A DNA stretch of 63,944 bases, filler included, from Phoronis australis (lineage: Eukaryota; Animalia; Phoronida): NCBI GenBank assembly GCA_002633005.1. It is 7 parts of 7 records of this genome, joined end to end, with 100 filler letters (N's around TTAATTAATTAA, not from the genome) between each part and the next. Parts side by side here need not be neighbours in the genome. Positions count along the whole stretch, not along the records: positions 1 to 29,413 come from NMRA01001294.1; positions 29,514 to 35,154 come from NMRA01002297.1; positions 35,255 to 47,168 come from NMRA01001672.1; 4 more parts are not named here. One strand, written 5' to 3'. Within the stretch, counting starts at the first letter, position 1. Every line of letters begins with the position of its first letter. The notes below the pieces were generated by a model. It saw only the letters and a program-made list of their open reading frames with translations. It had not been told where the DNA came from and ran no database searches. A program made the translations under genes and the position numbers. Shown one piece after another: positions 25,750 to 38,762 of this stretch.

Positions 25750-26040
25750 GTTATGGTGAGACGCGTGTAAAATAAAAAGTACTCAAGTTCCTTGGGTAGC
25801 ATAGGTAATGAAAGGGCGTAGCACTCACAATGAGGGGTGAAGTGGGACGTGGCACTCACGTTGATGGGTGATGCGGGGCGTGGCGCTCACATTGATGGCT
25901 TTATTAGGATAAGTTCTTAGCAAAAACTTACAGCGTACCATTTCAAAGCAAACTGCTGTGACAGGTTTTACTCTTTGGATTTGAAGACGTACTAAAAGCT
26001 AGATTTTGCAGCACGACTCTACAAAAGAGTTTTTTGCTTT
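25750..26040. repeat. Dispersed repeat with internal ggggcgtggcgctcacattgatgg units; second copy at about 29130-29413
   Basis: High identity between ctcaagttccttgggta...caaaagagtttttt at both loci. Confidence 0.85.
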
Positions 26041-27675
26041 TGGGTTAGTAAAAAGGCAACCCAGTGTTATGTAATTAATGTTTAATAAGTCGTTTTGAGG
26101 AGTTTAAAATCCTTAAAAGATTATAATATTAACGACGTGAAAAACATAAGATGGCTTAAGACTACGCAAACTTTCACATTGGGGCTTAGACCAGCTTAAA
26201 AATATAAAAATATAATAGTATGTTGCAAAGCGCCTTAGTTAAGAGAAAACGTCCATAACTTCTTTTCCCGCTGACTTTCAAAACACAAACTAGTTGAGTA
26301 ATGACCCTCTTCCGTTATCTTATTTAATTATCATAAACTAAACATTGTCCATCCCTGGCAATCAACTACTTATAAAATATTAGGTCATTTTGCCACTCGT
26401 TTAGGGCAAAACACCCAACCCCTACAACGATAAAAAGGGACATAGCGGGACAAGAGGAATTACAAAAAATAATCTGATGGAAATTAAATAATCCTTTATC
26501 CTCAGCTTAACGTGAGTAATAATTACCTCAACAAAAGTTTGGAAACTTGTGTTCACTCGACCGTGTTTTTATTATTTTTGGTTTAACTAAATCACATTGC
26601 ATACCACTAAAAGGCCCACTCATTCCCCTTCCCAACGATATCCCAATCCGTCAGTAAATGTTTATGTATTTAGTAATTTGTTTCTCCAAAGAGGGCGCTT
26701 GGTCTCAAAGTGAATGTTGCAAATTCAGTTGGAGCAAAATGTGGTAAATGTTTGAGCAATCAGATTTTTCAATAGCAATCACAGTGCTGTTTCCATGGTA
26801 ATAAAAATGTATGACAATTTGGCAACACTTAAATACCATATTTATTAAACAACTGCCTGATAGACAATAGTGACAATCACAACAAGAGTTAAAAATCACG
26901 AATTTTCTTTAAACCGTATTTTACACATCACCTCGCTTAGTTTTGTGAATCCGCAACAGGTGGCGAAAGTGTGGTCAGTATGGTTCACTGCGGTGGGAAC
27001 TTAAGCAAATCCTTTGAAAAATGCCCAAATTTGGCAAACTCCGAAACACTGGATCTCAGAAAAGGAGATTGGCTTCATATGAAACCTTCAGACGCTATTC
27101 TTTATATACTGTTCTCTAATATCAATATGCTGTTAGGGATTGTTTCACAAATGTTCCACTTTTACATGCGGTGTTATCAAAATAGGACTTCAATAGTTTT
27201 CACGAACCAAGTAAAGTATGAAAGGGAAACAAAATTATATATTAGAGAACTGTAACAGCGTTATTGAGAGATCACCAAATAAAGTATGACCATGTTATTG
27301 GTGCCGTTGTTTTGCTGTCGATGCTATACATGGCCACGTGACTCAATAACCACCAAACTAGTACATATACATGTACGCAACCGAAAGATCAACTTCTATT
27401 TACTTACATTGTACTAGTTTCAAGAGAGTGTGTACTTTTACAGTATCTAGTTGGTAAATATTCGGCTAAATACGCCTACGTGCCGTTACAGTATCGGTTT
27501 AGCAGTTAGAGAGTGAATTGAACAAAAACAGCACCGCCTGTACAATGGAGGTCTTCATTACTGTAATGTCATTTCTATAAGGCTTGCTGAATCTGACAAA
27601 GTTGTTAAACCTTGCAGCTGTTTAGAGATGATTACAACTGTTAATGATAGTTTCGGTGTGTTCAAGATTTTAGTA

Positions 27676-27780
27676 AGGTCCTAGCGCCAGCCTGGGTCTT
27701 AGCGTAGGTCCTAGCGTAGGTCCTAGCGTACATGTCCTAGCGTACATGTCCTAGCGTACATGTCCTAGCTTAGGTCATAG
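27676..27780. repeat. gtcctagcgta(g/cat) tandem array related to the TIR of the element at 33215-33366
   Basis: About 7 copies of a 12-14 bp unit. Confidence 0.8.
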
Positions 27781-29560
27781 AGTTGCTGAACTCTTCCCAG
27801 CTCTTAATAAATAGAGTAACAAACAATGACAAACTGAAAACGGCCGGAAAGAAGAAAGAGTGAAAATTAGTCAACAGCAATGATGTAACAGCAACAATAA
27901 TAACGAGACTGCAGCAACAGCGTTACTTAATCGTAATATCAAAAACTGACTTTTCCGAATGTTTATATTCGGTCTTAACTTGGACAAATTTCGTAGGAAA
28001 AGTTTTGGTCTTCAAGGGGCTTCATTTTCAAATTCCTCTGAAAAACTTACCACTTTGGTGAATCTATGAATTTTCAAGTGGGCTCAGTCATTAACATAAA
28101 ACTGAAATACAGCAGAATGGTGTACAACTAAATTGCCAAGAGTAACACAATAAACCTACAGGTTTATGGATAAATTCACGAATAAACAAGTGAAAAGGTT
28201 ACAAAAATGATAAGCTTAAACTAATATTAATAGATTGGTGCCAGGAAGGTAAAGCCCGCCTTCCATCACAAAATCAATTTTTAAATTGTGTTGAATTGTT
28301 GTGATGAGATTGGACTCAACGTGTGTCTTAGCCATATTATTACAGGTAATTTCAGGCTTTCTAGATAAATTACGGTGTTGGCTCCGCAAGTAAACTTGTC
28401 GCTTGTTATTTCACGTGCACAACATGGTGTCAAGGAATGACGAACTGTCTGTTATTTACCCAGAAATACCCTCTCATCAGAGTGAAGGCCTTTAGAGCAT
28501 TGTTAGAGCGAAGAGAAGTCAAAAGTTGGAGTTTTGGAAAAGTCTCAAGTGAGTTTTCATGAAAGAGCCTTTGGCTTTCGTATAGAATGTAACGAACTAC
28601 CTACATATATATAAATATATGGCAAGGGTCAATTATATAAACCTTTTAAAAAGTTCATAATAGATGTTCAATTGTAGTTAGTGGTGTTTCTTTTATAATT
28701 GTTCATTGTACATAACATATCGTGAAAAAAGATTTATTCTGAGTTTGATAAATTTCATGACGCTAATGCTTTCAGGGATCCATACAGGTAAGTACTTCAT
28801 TTAGCCATTTACATGGAGAATTTCAACAAAAGTCTTGAAACTATTTTCTCAGTATGACATAGTTTGCCTTTGCTCATTTACCTTTTCGTTACCAGGGTTA
28901 CATTGGTTGAGAAGTCGCATTATACCCGGTGAGGAGAACCGTGGGGTGGCGCCTGTGTTTAAGTCCCGTATGTGGAACGAGTTGCATGCAGCGGAATCAT
29001 TTGAGGACCATTTGAGGTTCAAACTATTAAGTTTTCCCTTGACTAGATTTGGGTTTATATTGCACCACGAGATTCACAGTTCCTTACAGACAACTCATTT
29101 GACATCCTGTAACTGGAATTTTTTCCAGTAGGTTATGATGCGATGTATAAATAAAAATGCTCAAGTTCCTTGGGTACAAGGGTAGTGAAAGGGCATGGGG
29201 CTCACGTTGATGGGTGATGCGGGGCGTGGCGCTCACATTGATGGGTGAGTACGGGGCGTGGCGCTCACATTGATGGTTTACTAGGCTAGGTTTCCAACAA
29301 AACGTACAGTATACCATTTCAGAATAAACTCCTGTGACAGGGTTCACTTTTTGGGTTTGAAGCCGTACTAAAAGATAGCTTTTACAGCTCGACTCCACAA
29401 AAGAGTTTTTCGTNNNNNNNNNNNNNNNNNNNNNNNNNNNNNNNNNNNNNNNNNNNNTTAATTAATTAANNNNNNNNNNNNNNNNNNNNNNNNNNNNNNN
29501 NNNNNNNNNNNNNATGTATCTATCTTAAATACATCAATCGCTATATAGGGCCATCCCAGA

Positions 29561-29770
29561 TTACTCGGCAATAGACCTCTTCTCGCCGGAAATAAGAAAC
29601 TGCGTGACCTCGTTTTGTAAATCAGGCACATTTTCCTGTCTCCCACTCGATGTCGGGAAGGCGAAGAATTTCAGATCACGCATCCACGGGCACGTGATCA
29701 GTTTTTCAAAGTTCTCACGTCGGAGTTGCAGCCGGCGGCACAGCAGTAATACTTCGATGGTTTTGGAAGG
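29561..29770 (-). pseudogene. Degenerate THAP zinc-finger fragment (transposon remnant)
   Basis: Minus strand reads KYYCCAAGCNSDVR and, after a frameshift, PWMRDLKFFAFPT, matching the THAP N-terminal C-x-x-x-G-C and F-x-F-P pattern. Confidence 0.5.
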
Positions 29771-30731
29771 ACGAATAGAGTAATGCAACCGAGAAAAACC
29801 TGTAAAGAATTAGACAACAACAAATAACATGTGAAACTCCAGTGGCATGAAAACGAGGCAGCAAATGTGCCTGGCGGATGTTTACGGCATTGTGGGCGAA
29901 TACAGCGAGATTCGAGTGTCGCTGTGTATCCTGGACGGCCCTATCTTTGTACACATTTAAGTACAGATGAGCCAATTTCAAACTGCATGTAGGATCACTT
30001 TTATTCAGTACTTGATGTAGCGGTTACTCATGCAATAGACCAACACCAGTAGTTATTGCACAATCGCACCTGTTTGTTGTTGACCATCACGCCATGCACA
30101 TGCGTTGAAATCTTATTATCTCTCATGTCAATGACTCTATGCTCTTTAGATTTACAAGTATTCCCTTTTGCTGCAAATGTCGGATGATTCACGCGTCTTA
30201 CGTAAAACGTGATGACATATGACACAAATAATTAAATGCTGAAGACATGAAACCCTACATCAACCACATTATGACGTCATGAATATGATAGCAAAATCTA
30301 GTGGCTAATACTCATGACATCCGAACTTGGCAACTGAATCTGCAAGAACGGGTATACAGAACGAAGTTTGTCGATAGGATTTCATATTAATTATCCCACA
30401 GAGTAATTTGTTCACAACGAAATACTTATTAGAAAATTGTTTTTCGCTAAATGCAGGTTTTGTGACCCTCAGTCGTATTGTATCCCCTACATATTTATTG
30501 AAATTGAGAGGCACTGGGTCTTGGGGCACGTACACATATCTCTATCTATATATTTCAATGTTGGCAGTCTTGATCTTGAGCATTTTCATTGCGAATATCT
30601 TTTTATCAATGTTAGAGGGGTCTTAATTGTATAATTCTTGTTGCTTGTAAAAAGTAGGCATCTCTTCAATCACTCATGACGGTGTACAATAAGTAACTCA
30701 CCTTCGTATAGTAAAGTGTTTTTATTTCACT

Positions 30732-30942
30732 TATATTTTACTAAAAATAACTGTCTCCAATCCAGATAAAATGTTCTACTGTTTCGGGCTTTGTTGTTCA
30801 GTGTGTTTGTTTTGTGTTATAAATGTTATCCCACTATATTTTACTAGAAATAACTGTCTCCAATCCAGATAAAATGTTCTACTGTTTCGGAGTTTGCAGT
30901 GGTTGTTCTGTGTGTTTGTTTTGTGCTATAAATGTTATCCCA
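30732..30942. repeat. Tandem duplication of about 103 bp
   Basis: tatattttacta.aaataactgtctccaatccagataaaatgttctactgtttcgg...tataaatgttatccca occurs twice. Confidence 0.9.
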
Positions 30943-33214
30943 TTGCCGCTAAAATCCTTATCCTGCACAGTTTTTATAAGCATGATGTAACCTGAATTTA
31001 CATGCAACTATATCTTCAAAGTGAGTTTGACGACGACGACGATTTCGATTTCGATGATGATAAAACTACTTGAAAATCACTCTCGGTCTCAGTTTTGTAG
31101 AAAATGTTTTGTAGATTCTTGATGGAATCGCCCATTTCTTGGAAACCATGCAATAACGGATAAATTAATCATAAACTGTTATCTGATAGACGATTTGGGT
31201 ATAAATCTAAACAGCCATTCACGTCGGACTAAATACTGAGGAAGAATGAAAACCTTCACGGTGAGCTCTCGTGTTGTCGGATATCATGGCAAACACGCGA
31301 TTCTTGTTTAGGAAACTCATATATAGCCAGGCAGCAGACTCCTTCTTACATTGGTCACCGGGTAACTGAAAAGGTTGTAGCGTAACTTTATGTTTACAAT
31401 TTTAATGAATTTACTCTCTGTTCATTAAATCAAGTGAATGAAAGACGAACTGTGCTTCCCCAAGTAAGTTCTACTGAGACGTTACTGTGACTGAACGGAT
31501 GGAGTGGTGAATTGTGGGGGTAAAGAGACTGTTTCAGCTCCACGAGTCAAGATTTCTCCGTCGTCTCAAGTTTCTCGTAGGGCGGCACAGCACTGAAAAA
31601 AGTGTGGGGGGGAGGCTACAGCCCCTTCAGCCCCCTGTGGTGCACCGCCTANNNNNNNNNNNNNNNNNNNNNNNNNNNNNNNNNNNNNNNNNNNNNNNNN
31701 NNNNNNNNNNNNNNNNNNNNNNNNNNNNNNNNNNNNNNNNNNNNNNNNNNNNNNNNNNNNNNNNNNNNNNNNNNNNNNNNNNNNNNNNNNNNNNNNNNNN
31801 NNNNNNNNNNNNNNNNNNNNNNNNNNNNNNNNNNNNNNNNNNNNNNNNNNNNNNNNNNNNNNNNNNNNNNNNNNNNNNNNNNNNNNNNNNNNNNNNNNNN
31901 NNNNNNNNNNNNNNNNNNNNNNNNNNNNNNNNNNNNNNNNNNNNNNNNNNNNNNNNNNNNNNNNNNNNNNNNNNNNNNNNNNNNNNNNNNNNNNNNNNNN
32001 NNNNNNNNNNNNNNNNNNNNNNNNNNNNNNNNNNNNNNNNNNNNNNNNNNNNNNNNNNNNNNNNNNNNNNNNNNNNNNNNNNNNNNNNNNNNNNNNNNNN
32101 NNNNNNNNNNNNNNNNNNNNGGACGGATACATAGTTTAATGTGCCATTATACTGTGGTATTGAGTCGAACCTGATTACACAGAGAATGCTAGGAGACTAA
32201 CATAAATATTTGTGAGCCGCTTTTATGAAAAAGCACATTTTAGATTAAAATGACAAACAATACTACTCAAAACTAAAAAAAAAACGGCATTAACACTGTG
32301 AATGTTAGGATTTAAATAAATAATACGCATACACATTAGCTGAAATTAACTTTCGCGACAACTGCTGGCGTTTGTAAATAAGTTTCTCCATGGCAAAGTC
32401 TAGCAAATTAGTTGTGGTGTGTTCAAAACGACTAGGAGATTGATAACCAAGTTTTGTTACCTAACACTCTAACCCTCTCTTGTAGCTGGCTGGACTGTTC
32501 TGGATCAGCCTGTTCGTTACCCATTGTCCCTGTTCCGAACCATGTAGGAATCTGCGCGATGTAGGAATATTTCTTCATTGCTTAGATTCCTTCTAAGTTC
32601 GGATTAAACTATTGTTTCGTAGCGTCCGACTCCATTAGCGTGAACACCGCCGCAGAGACGCTTGGCTCTCATGTAGGGTACATATGAGATGATGTACGGT
32701 TGTAGTCTGATGAATAAGTGTAACATGGTCAACTTTTCTCGTGAAAAAGTGTTGCTTAAAACAGGTTTAAAACAAAGGGTGGTGATTTTTGCTGTGCAGT
32801 ATCGCCCTACGCATTTTAAAAACACATGGCAAATTATCGTAGGTTAGCAGCCAAGGCAAACCCGGCCGGTAGAGACAAGTCTTAAACAGGCGGGTAAAGT
32901 TCCTTTGAAATAAAAACAATAATTTTCACATGTCTTCACCTGAGTTGGTAGCTTACAACACAGGACGAACAAAATGTACGTATGTAAATCATTTCACACA
33001 AATCATGCTGATAAAAGACTGTCGGCAAGTGAGGACTACTCTGTGGACACATAATCTGAACATAGAGGGCGTTCTTGGGATTAATTGATATTCCAAGTTA
33101 ACGTACAGCAGGTCCGTGAGAAATAAGATAGGTGCCAATAACCACGAGGTGGAGCCGGCTCCGGCTGATATCCGCTTGACGCCTGAATCCGTTAAGAAGG
33201 CAATGAATAGATCG

Positions 33215-33366
33215 GGCGTGCGTTCAGTAGACGCTAGGACCTACGCTAGGACCTAGCCAAAAGCTAGTCAAGGTCACGTGCTCTTATTTAAAATACACGG
33301 CAATATCTCGCGTAATCTCACAGTCTTGCTTTTAAGCTAGGTCCTAGCGTTACTGAACGGGAGGCG
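33215..33366. mobile_element. Short MITE
   Basis: Inverted termini cgttcagta(g)acgctaggacc / ggtcctagcgttactgaacg. Confidence 0.6.
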
Positions 33367-33639
33367 GTTCTCTTTTGCCTGGCAGTGCACATATTAGCAA
33401 ACTGTTGTCTATTTTCCACCCCATGCTGTGTGAGCGCCGATAATCATTTTAATTATGTTACCTTGACATCCCGGGAGTTCGACATTTGTCAGGGGTGCCG
33501 TGAGAGTCGTCCAAGCAAAATGAGAAGTTGTTAGTCATTTCACCTCAAAAGCTCTGCAAATGTCCACAAAACTTTCATGTTTTTGACCCATTTGCTTCCG
33601 CTCAGAGAAAAGGGGCAAAATAAAGACATGACACATTTC

Positions 33640-33990
33640 ATCCGCAAATCACCACTTCCCTATCAATGCTCGACACGTGCCAACACTAGGTTTTGATAGC
33701 ACACTAGCTTCGTAGTACAGATTGCAAAAATGCGATTCAAAAGTGCTGCCATCTGTCCAATCAATTTTTTTTTGCAATTTTGGGATGATGAGGGGTACCT
33801 GAAATTACATTAGACTCCCCAGTCACTGCAGTACAATATAACACACCTACGGGTGGGGGGCATTTAGAAGGGAACCGATAATCCAAAACCGAACTCGTGG
33901 ACTTTTCTGGTTCACAACATGTTCACCAACACAAGAAACTAGAACCGCATTCATTGAACCTACTTGCAATGCAAACCTCAAAATTGTCGC
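33640..33990. repeat. Old dispersed repeat, homologous to about 50195-50530
   Basis: Shared collinear blocks aaatcaccacttcc, caaaaatg.gattcaaaagt and caacatgttcac. Confidence 0.6.
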
Positions 33991-35682
33991 CAAAACTGAC
34001 CTTTTCAAAAATTATTTTATAGGGAGTGCAAATTGCCTGCGGCCTTCACCTGAGAAATGACCCAAACAACTGGCATCGTCAAATATGCGACATTTCGTGA
34101 GTTCGCTTAAAATATGAAGCAGATCACCACGTGGTGCGGATACTCAAATTTCAACGTAAATCCATAAAATTGTACAATCTGATATAAGCTTGAGTTGCTT
34201 CATGAAGTCAATAAACAGGAAATGTTTTTTATTCAAAATTTCATAGCCTGCGACACTATTCGATTCAGTTTTATATTCCGGAGACAAAGGATTTCGACGA
34301 AATCCCATTCTAAATATTATTTCAAGCCAATAAATGAGTCCATTGATAAAATGTGAAAATACTTAATACTTTTTGAATGATATATTTTTGCTTAAATTTC
34401 GTGATTTTAAAACATTTCTTTGTTCGCCAGTCAACATAATATTTTGCTTCAATCGCTCTCCCCATGAATACATGGACCTTGACTGGGAATCCTTAGGAAA
34501 ACCCGTCTGTTGGTTAGTGGTGAATGAATCGGCAATCTTATGCTTGTCGGTCAGCAACATGTACGTGATAGCAAATAAACAAGAACAGAACTTGAGACGC
34601 TGAAGGTGAATATCACAGGGGAGATAACTTGCCCATTGTCTACCGCAGACAGTATTGCTACATAACAGAACCGTTGGTGATACCATCCAAAGCCAATGAC
34701 GTATTCTCGCGAGAGCCTTTTGCTGTTCTCGTACTAGATGTTCACGAAACAGGATTGACGTGGGGGCAATATAGTTTTAAGAACAAGCAATACGCTAGAT
34801 ATCAATAAAGAACTAGATTAATCCGTTTTGGGAAAGTTCAATTAATTTCATTAAAGGGGTAAAGTCGCTGCCAATACGTACAGACATGGCACGACGCTTG
34901 CGAGAGCATCTTTGTTAACAAACAAGGCATTGATATTCGATTATATTTTTGATGTAATGTTCATGTGCGTGACCTTTCCACAAAGCAACAGAAAAAAAGA
35001 CATCAATGTCCTGGACGCCGTCACGAAATAAATCAAAGAGATTCATAGCTCAATCAAGAGCTGAATGTACACATACATGCTAAGGTCCACTACATAATCC
35101 GTTTTTTCTATGGAAGTTAAGTGTTTTATCGTTACTATTTAGGCGCACACGTCTNNNNNNNNNNNNNNNNNNNNNNNNNNNNNNNNNNNNNNNNNNNNTT
35201 AATTAATTAANNNNNNNNNNNNNNNNNNNNNNNNNNNNNNNNNNNNNNNNNNNNCCCCCCCGAGCATCTTTTAAACGCGACGCCCTTTCAAAAATTCAAG
35301 ATTCTAGTCAACTCACAGCCCACCGAGATAAACATGACTGCTCTTATTTAGATTGCCCTTGGGGTTTCTGTTTATTATGTTACCACTTTAATTACACTAA
35401 GTATGCTGGGCTCAAGTTTTTGAAAAAGGCACACTTTTTATCATCAGGTGCGCCCAAAGAGCACAGGGTAAAACCTGATCAGGAATATCCTTGAGGTCCC
35501 AACAAATGTCACAGTTAACAATTTTTAAAATACATGTGCATTATTTTTACAAGATACTTCCTGTACCACTTGTCATTCAGGTTCGAATGTCAACATAAAG
35601 GTTCAACTTTCAGCAGTTGTGAGAGGATTAAATTTACCATGGTTATGTTCAGACCAGCAGGCATAGGAATATCACAGCATAC

Positions 35683-35752
35683 CTTCATCGTTGAAAAAGT
35701 CACTGAGATCCAAAAACTTTTCTTCTACTTTGTAACGTTTGCTCATTGACAC
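35683..35752 (-). CDS. NXF1: NXF1 coding exon (start of LRR region): VSMSKRYKVEEKFLDLSDFFNDE
   Basis: 70-nt exon with ag/gt borders; matches the MSKRYD..LDL motif of NXF1. Confidence 0.9.
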
Positions 35753-35754
35753 CT

Positions 35755-35920
35755 GAAATGAAACACGTCTCACTCAATGTTCAACATGACAACAAATGAA
35801 ACACGTCTTACACAGTGTTGAAGACTACATGAAACACGTCCCACTCAATGTTTACCATGCCTCCAAATGAAACACGTTCCACTCAATGTTTACCACGACT
35901 ACAAAATGAAAAATGTCCCA
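35755..35920. repeat. Intronic minisatellite, unit about 38 bp, 4-5 copies
   Basis: aaatgaaacacgtc.cactcaatgtt..cca.gac units fill almost the whole NXF1 intron. Confidence 0.85.
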
Positions 35921-35925
35921 CTTAC

Positions 35926-35997
35926 CTTTATTTTTTCAACAGCATCATCATCGAGTGGGAGTTCGGGCGGGGGACACGGCTTCACAATGACTACCAT
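35926..35997 (-). CDS. NXF1: NXF1 coding exon: MVVIVKPCPPPELPLDDDAVEKIK
   Basis: 72-nt phase 0-0 exon with tag/gtaag borders; RRM-LRR linker. Confidence 0.9.
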
Positions 35998-36089
35998 CTA
36001 AAGATAACAATGTTCAATAAGACTTGATAACAAACATGATGTACACACAAAGAGTAGATTCTAACTGATAATGCATTGGTTTGGCCTTA

Positions 36090-36377
36090 GGGCTGTTCCA
36101 GTAAAATCCGTATGGGAGGGGGGGGACGGCAGTTAAAATAAAAATTTATGGGTGGTTGTGTTTGATTTAAATTCAAAATGACTGGTGGTCGTACTTCAAA
36201 AAAATAAAAAATTACAGGTCGTTGTTGTTTCATTGTGCCATAAATGTTTGATGGTGGGTAATTTCAGTAAGTTTTATAAACAATCCACACATAATCAACA
36301 ACTAAACTAAACGCAACTTGCAAAAAGCGGCGACTTTTTCCAATCCCTCCGATCTCCCCATCGGCATGCCCATAACA
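36090..36377. mobile_element. PIF/Harbinger-type MITE, partial (cut by an assembly N), inverted relative to 37316-37886
   Basis: TTA|gggctgttccagtaaaatc terminus; the sequence is the reverse complement of 37597-37886. Confidence 0.8.
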
Positions 36378-36378
36378 N

Positions 36379-36478
36379 AGCCGTTAGGAAGAGTGATCTT
36401 TTTGTTCACATCCCGCAGAGCATTAGCAGCACTATGATCTTTGACATAAAACACTGCAGTCTTGTTGTCGTAATGAAA
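36379..36478 (-). CDS. NXF1: NXF1 coding exon (RRM): FHYDNKTAVFYVKDHSAANALRDVNKKITLPNG; 3' end cut by the N at 36378
   Basis: Acceptor ttattgtag; matches human NXF1 FHYENTRAQFFVED..A.AL. Confidence 0.9.
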
Positions 36479-37315
36479 CTACAATAAACGCATCAATTCA
36501 AAGTTCAACAAAGCGACACAAAGTCAACATTTTCCTTGTATACTACAGTTTTGACATATGAATAAGGAAATGTCAAGGTCAGGTAATATTTTTTGTCACT
36601 TAATAGCTGGACTAAAAATAAAACCCAGCCAGGTGCAAGCTAAACTAGATCACAGTACCCAAAGCCAGTTTCAGCTCAGCTACAGGATTGCATCACCGGA
36701 CAAAGTGAAGTTTGGCTTTAGAATCCAGTGGCCCAGCCAGAACATACATATTTATTATTGTTGTTTCTCTAATATGCAGAACATCAAAAACTTCACAGAA
36801 AAAATACTCAAATCGTTCGTAGACCCGTTTACAGAAGTACAACACAGTTTGGTATGCCGAAAAAGGTTACATAAAATTATGCTGAAAAATTCAATGAAAG
36901 AAAATTCCAAGATTTTTTAACGTTTGGATACATAATGACTAAAATGAGTTGATAGATAACTGGTTTCCATTCTTGTAAAAATTAATTTGTCGAAAACCAA
37001 GCTTTACAAAATGGAAAATTGACATCACATGAATTCACACTGATTTCATTTTATCTTGACTTTTGCAAAATTGTCGCCTTCTTCGACAATTCCTCAAGTC
37101 ATTTGTCAATTCTTGTATTTCAAATTAAGGTGAAAAGGTGGAGTTCTTCAAACTGTAAATTGTTAGTATCTGAAGTAAAATAGAGTCCTTTAGCGCTCTT
37201 GAGTTGGACTCAGTAAATGCGGAGTGGCTGAACAGAGCGAGACTGATTCACCAGTCCAGAAATAATACTTCCTAACACTTTCTGATCATATCTCCTAACC
37301 AATTATTTCACATTA

Positions 37316-37886
37316 GGGCTGTTCCAGTAAAATCTGTACGGGAGGGGGGGGAAGGCACCTTTTTTTCGCACCCACCACCCATATTTTTCATTTATTTCTT
37401 CAGCCTACCACCCGTAATTTTTTATAAGTTTGAAATGCAACCACCCGTAATTTTTTTTTGTTCTTGTGGTTGACTGCAGAGACGCTTGAGTTTATCTGTT
37501 CCTCCATCACCACTAATGTCATTCATTACTAAGAAAACATGTTTCTTATATATGGTTATTAGCCATCGAGAAATTCGAGCAACTGTGGTTAAATGGTGTT
37601 ATGGGCATGCCGATGAGGAGATCAGAGGGAGTGAAAAAGTCGGAGCTTTTTGCAAGTTGCATTTTTGTTTCAGTTTTTGATTCTGTGCGGATTGTTTATA
37701 AAATTTACTAAAATTACCCACCATCAAACATTTATGGCCCAGTGAAACAACAACGACCCGTAATTTTTTATTTTTTTGAAGTACCACCACCAGCCATTTT
37801 GAATTTAAATCAAACGCAACCACCCATAAATTTTTATTTCAGTTGCCTTCCTCCCCCATCCCACACAGATTTTGCTGGAACAGCCC
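37316..37886. mobile_element. Full-length PIF/Harbinger-type MITE with a TTA TSD
   Basis: TTA|gggctgttccagtaaaatctgt ... acagattttgctggaacagccc|TTA. Confidence 0.85.
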
Positions 37887-38678
37887 TTACATTTTTGTAA
37901 TAAACATTTAAAAAACGTGCTGTTGAGTTGTGTGCCCGGCTGTACTCTTTACCAAAACACACGCACCATCGGATTACCAATTCACACAGAGACGAACATG
38001 ACTGGCAAAACTTAGAAATGCTGTATTCCCTCTGAATGCCTCCTTTGAAAGTCTGGTTGGAAAAGAAGTATGTGGCAAACATTGCTCAACTATAAATAAA
38101 ATTTAGACAGTATAACTTTCAACTGATTGCCTTCAAAAGTCCTCATCATCAGTCAGTACTATACCGCCATCGAATTGGGGATCCCGCACTTTGCTTTCCG
38201 AGTCTGACTGAGGCACGCTAATCGAAGTCAACTGTAGCTGGATGTAGTATGGAACAAAGTTTTACAATTCCAGAAACTATCCAGAAATGTTCAACAAACT
38301 ACCAGACCCAGGAACGGACGAATGACTATAAGGAATTGGCAACAAAGACGGCATTTTGCAATAACAATGCACAGGGTAAAATGAAAGTGAATTCATATAT
38401 GACGCCAACTTCTGGTTTTAGAAGAGCCTGCATTTCGACAAATTAATTAATCACAAAAATGGTATCCAGCTATCAGAACATCTAAAAAACCCAGAATTTT
38501 CCTTTCGACAATAACCTCATGACTGGTCTTTCACTGTATTTCAAGTGACACGCAAATTACGACCGTTCTATAAAAACAGACTTCTAGTGGGAGGAATGAC
38601 ATAGTCCAAGTTCTAAGCTGCTTAACAAATCACATACACCCCACAAATCTTATACAACAGTTTCCGAGTGGTACCTAC

Positions 38679-38762
38679 TTTTTGAGGAAGAAATGGACGA
38701 TCACTAATGCTGTTTATAGATTTGAGAATAAAGTCCTTCTCAAACTTTTCACCATGGGGTAT
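38679..38762 (-). CDS. NXF1: NXF1 coding exon (RRM): IPHGEKFEKDFILKSINSISDRPFLPQK
   Basis: 84-nt phase 0-0 exon; matches human IPYGRKYDKAWLL...PF.P. Confidence 0.92.

Noticed and set aside
31514-32174. Long ORFs of about 190-250 aa here and at 54834-55620
   Set aside because: They are artefacts of translating through N runs.
33100-33215. Coding-looking stretch (RNKIGANNHEVEPAPADIRLTPESVKKAMNR)
   Set aside because: Short, with no clear splice pair and no recognisable homology.
29514-35154. Downstream NXF1 exons (LRR, NTF2-like, UBA) and the intronic CTE
   Set aside because: No matching exons found by eye beyond the spacer at 35155, so the CTE cannot be assessed.
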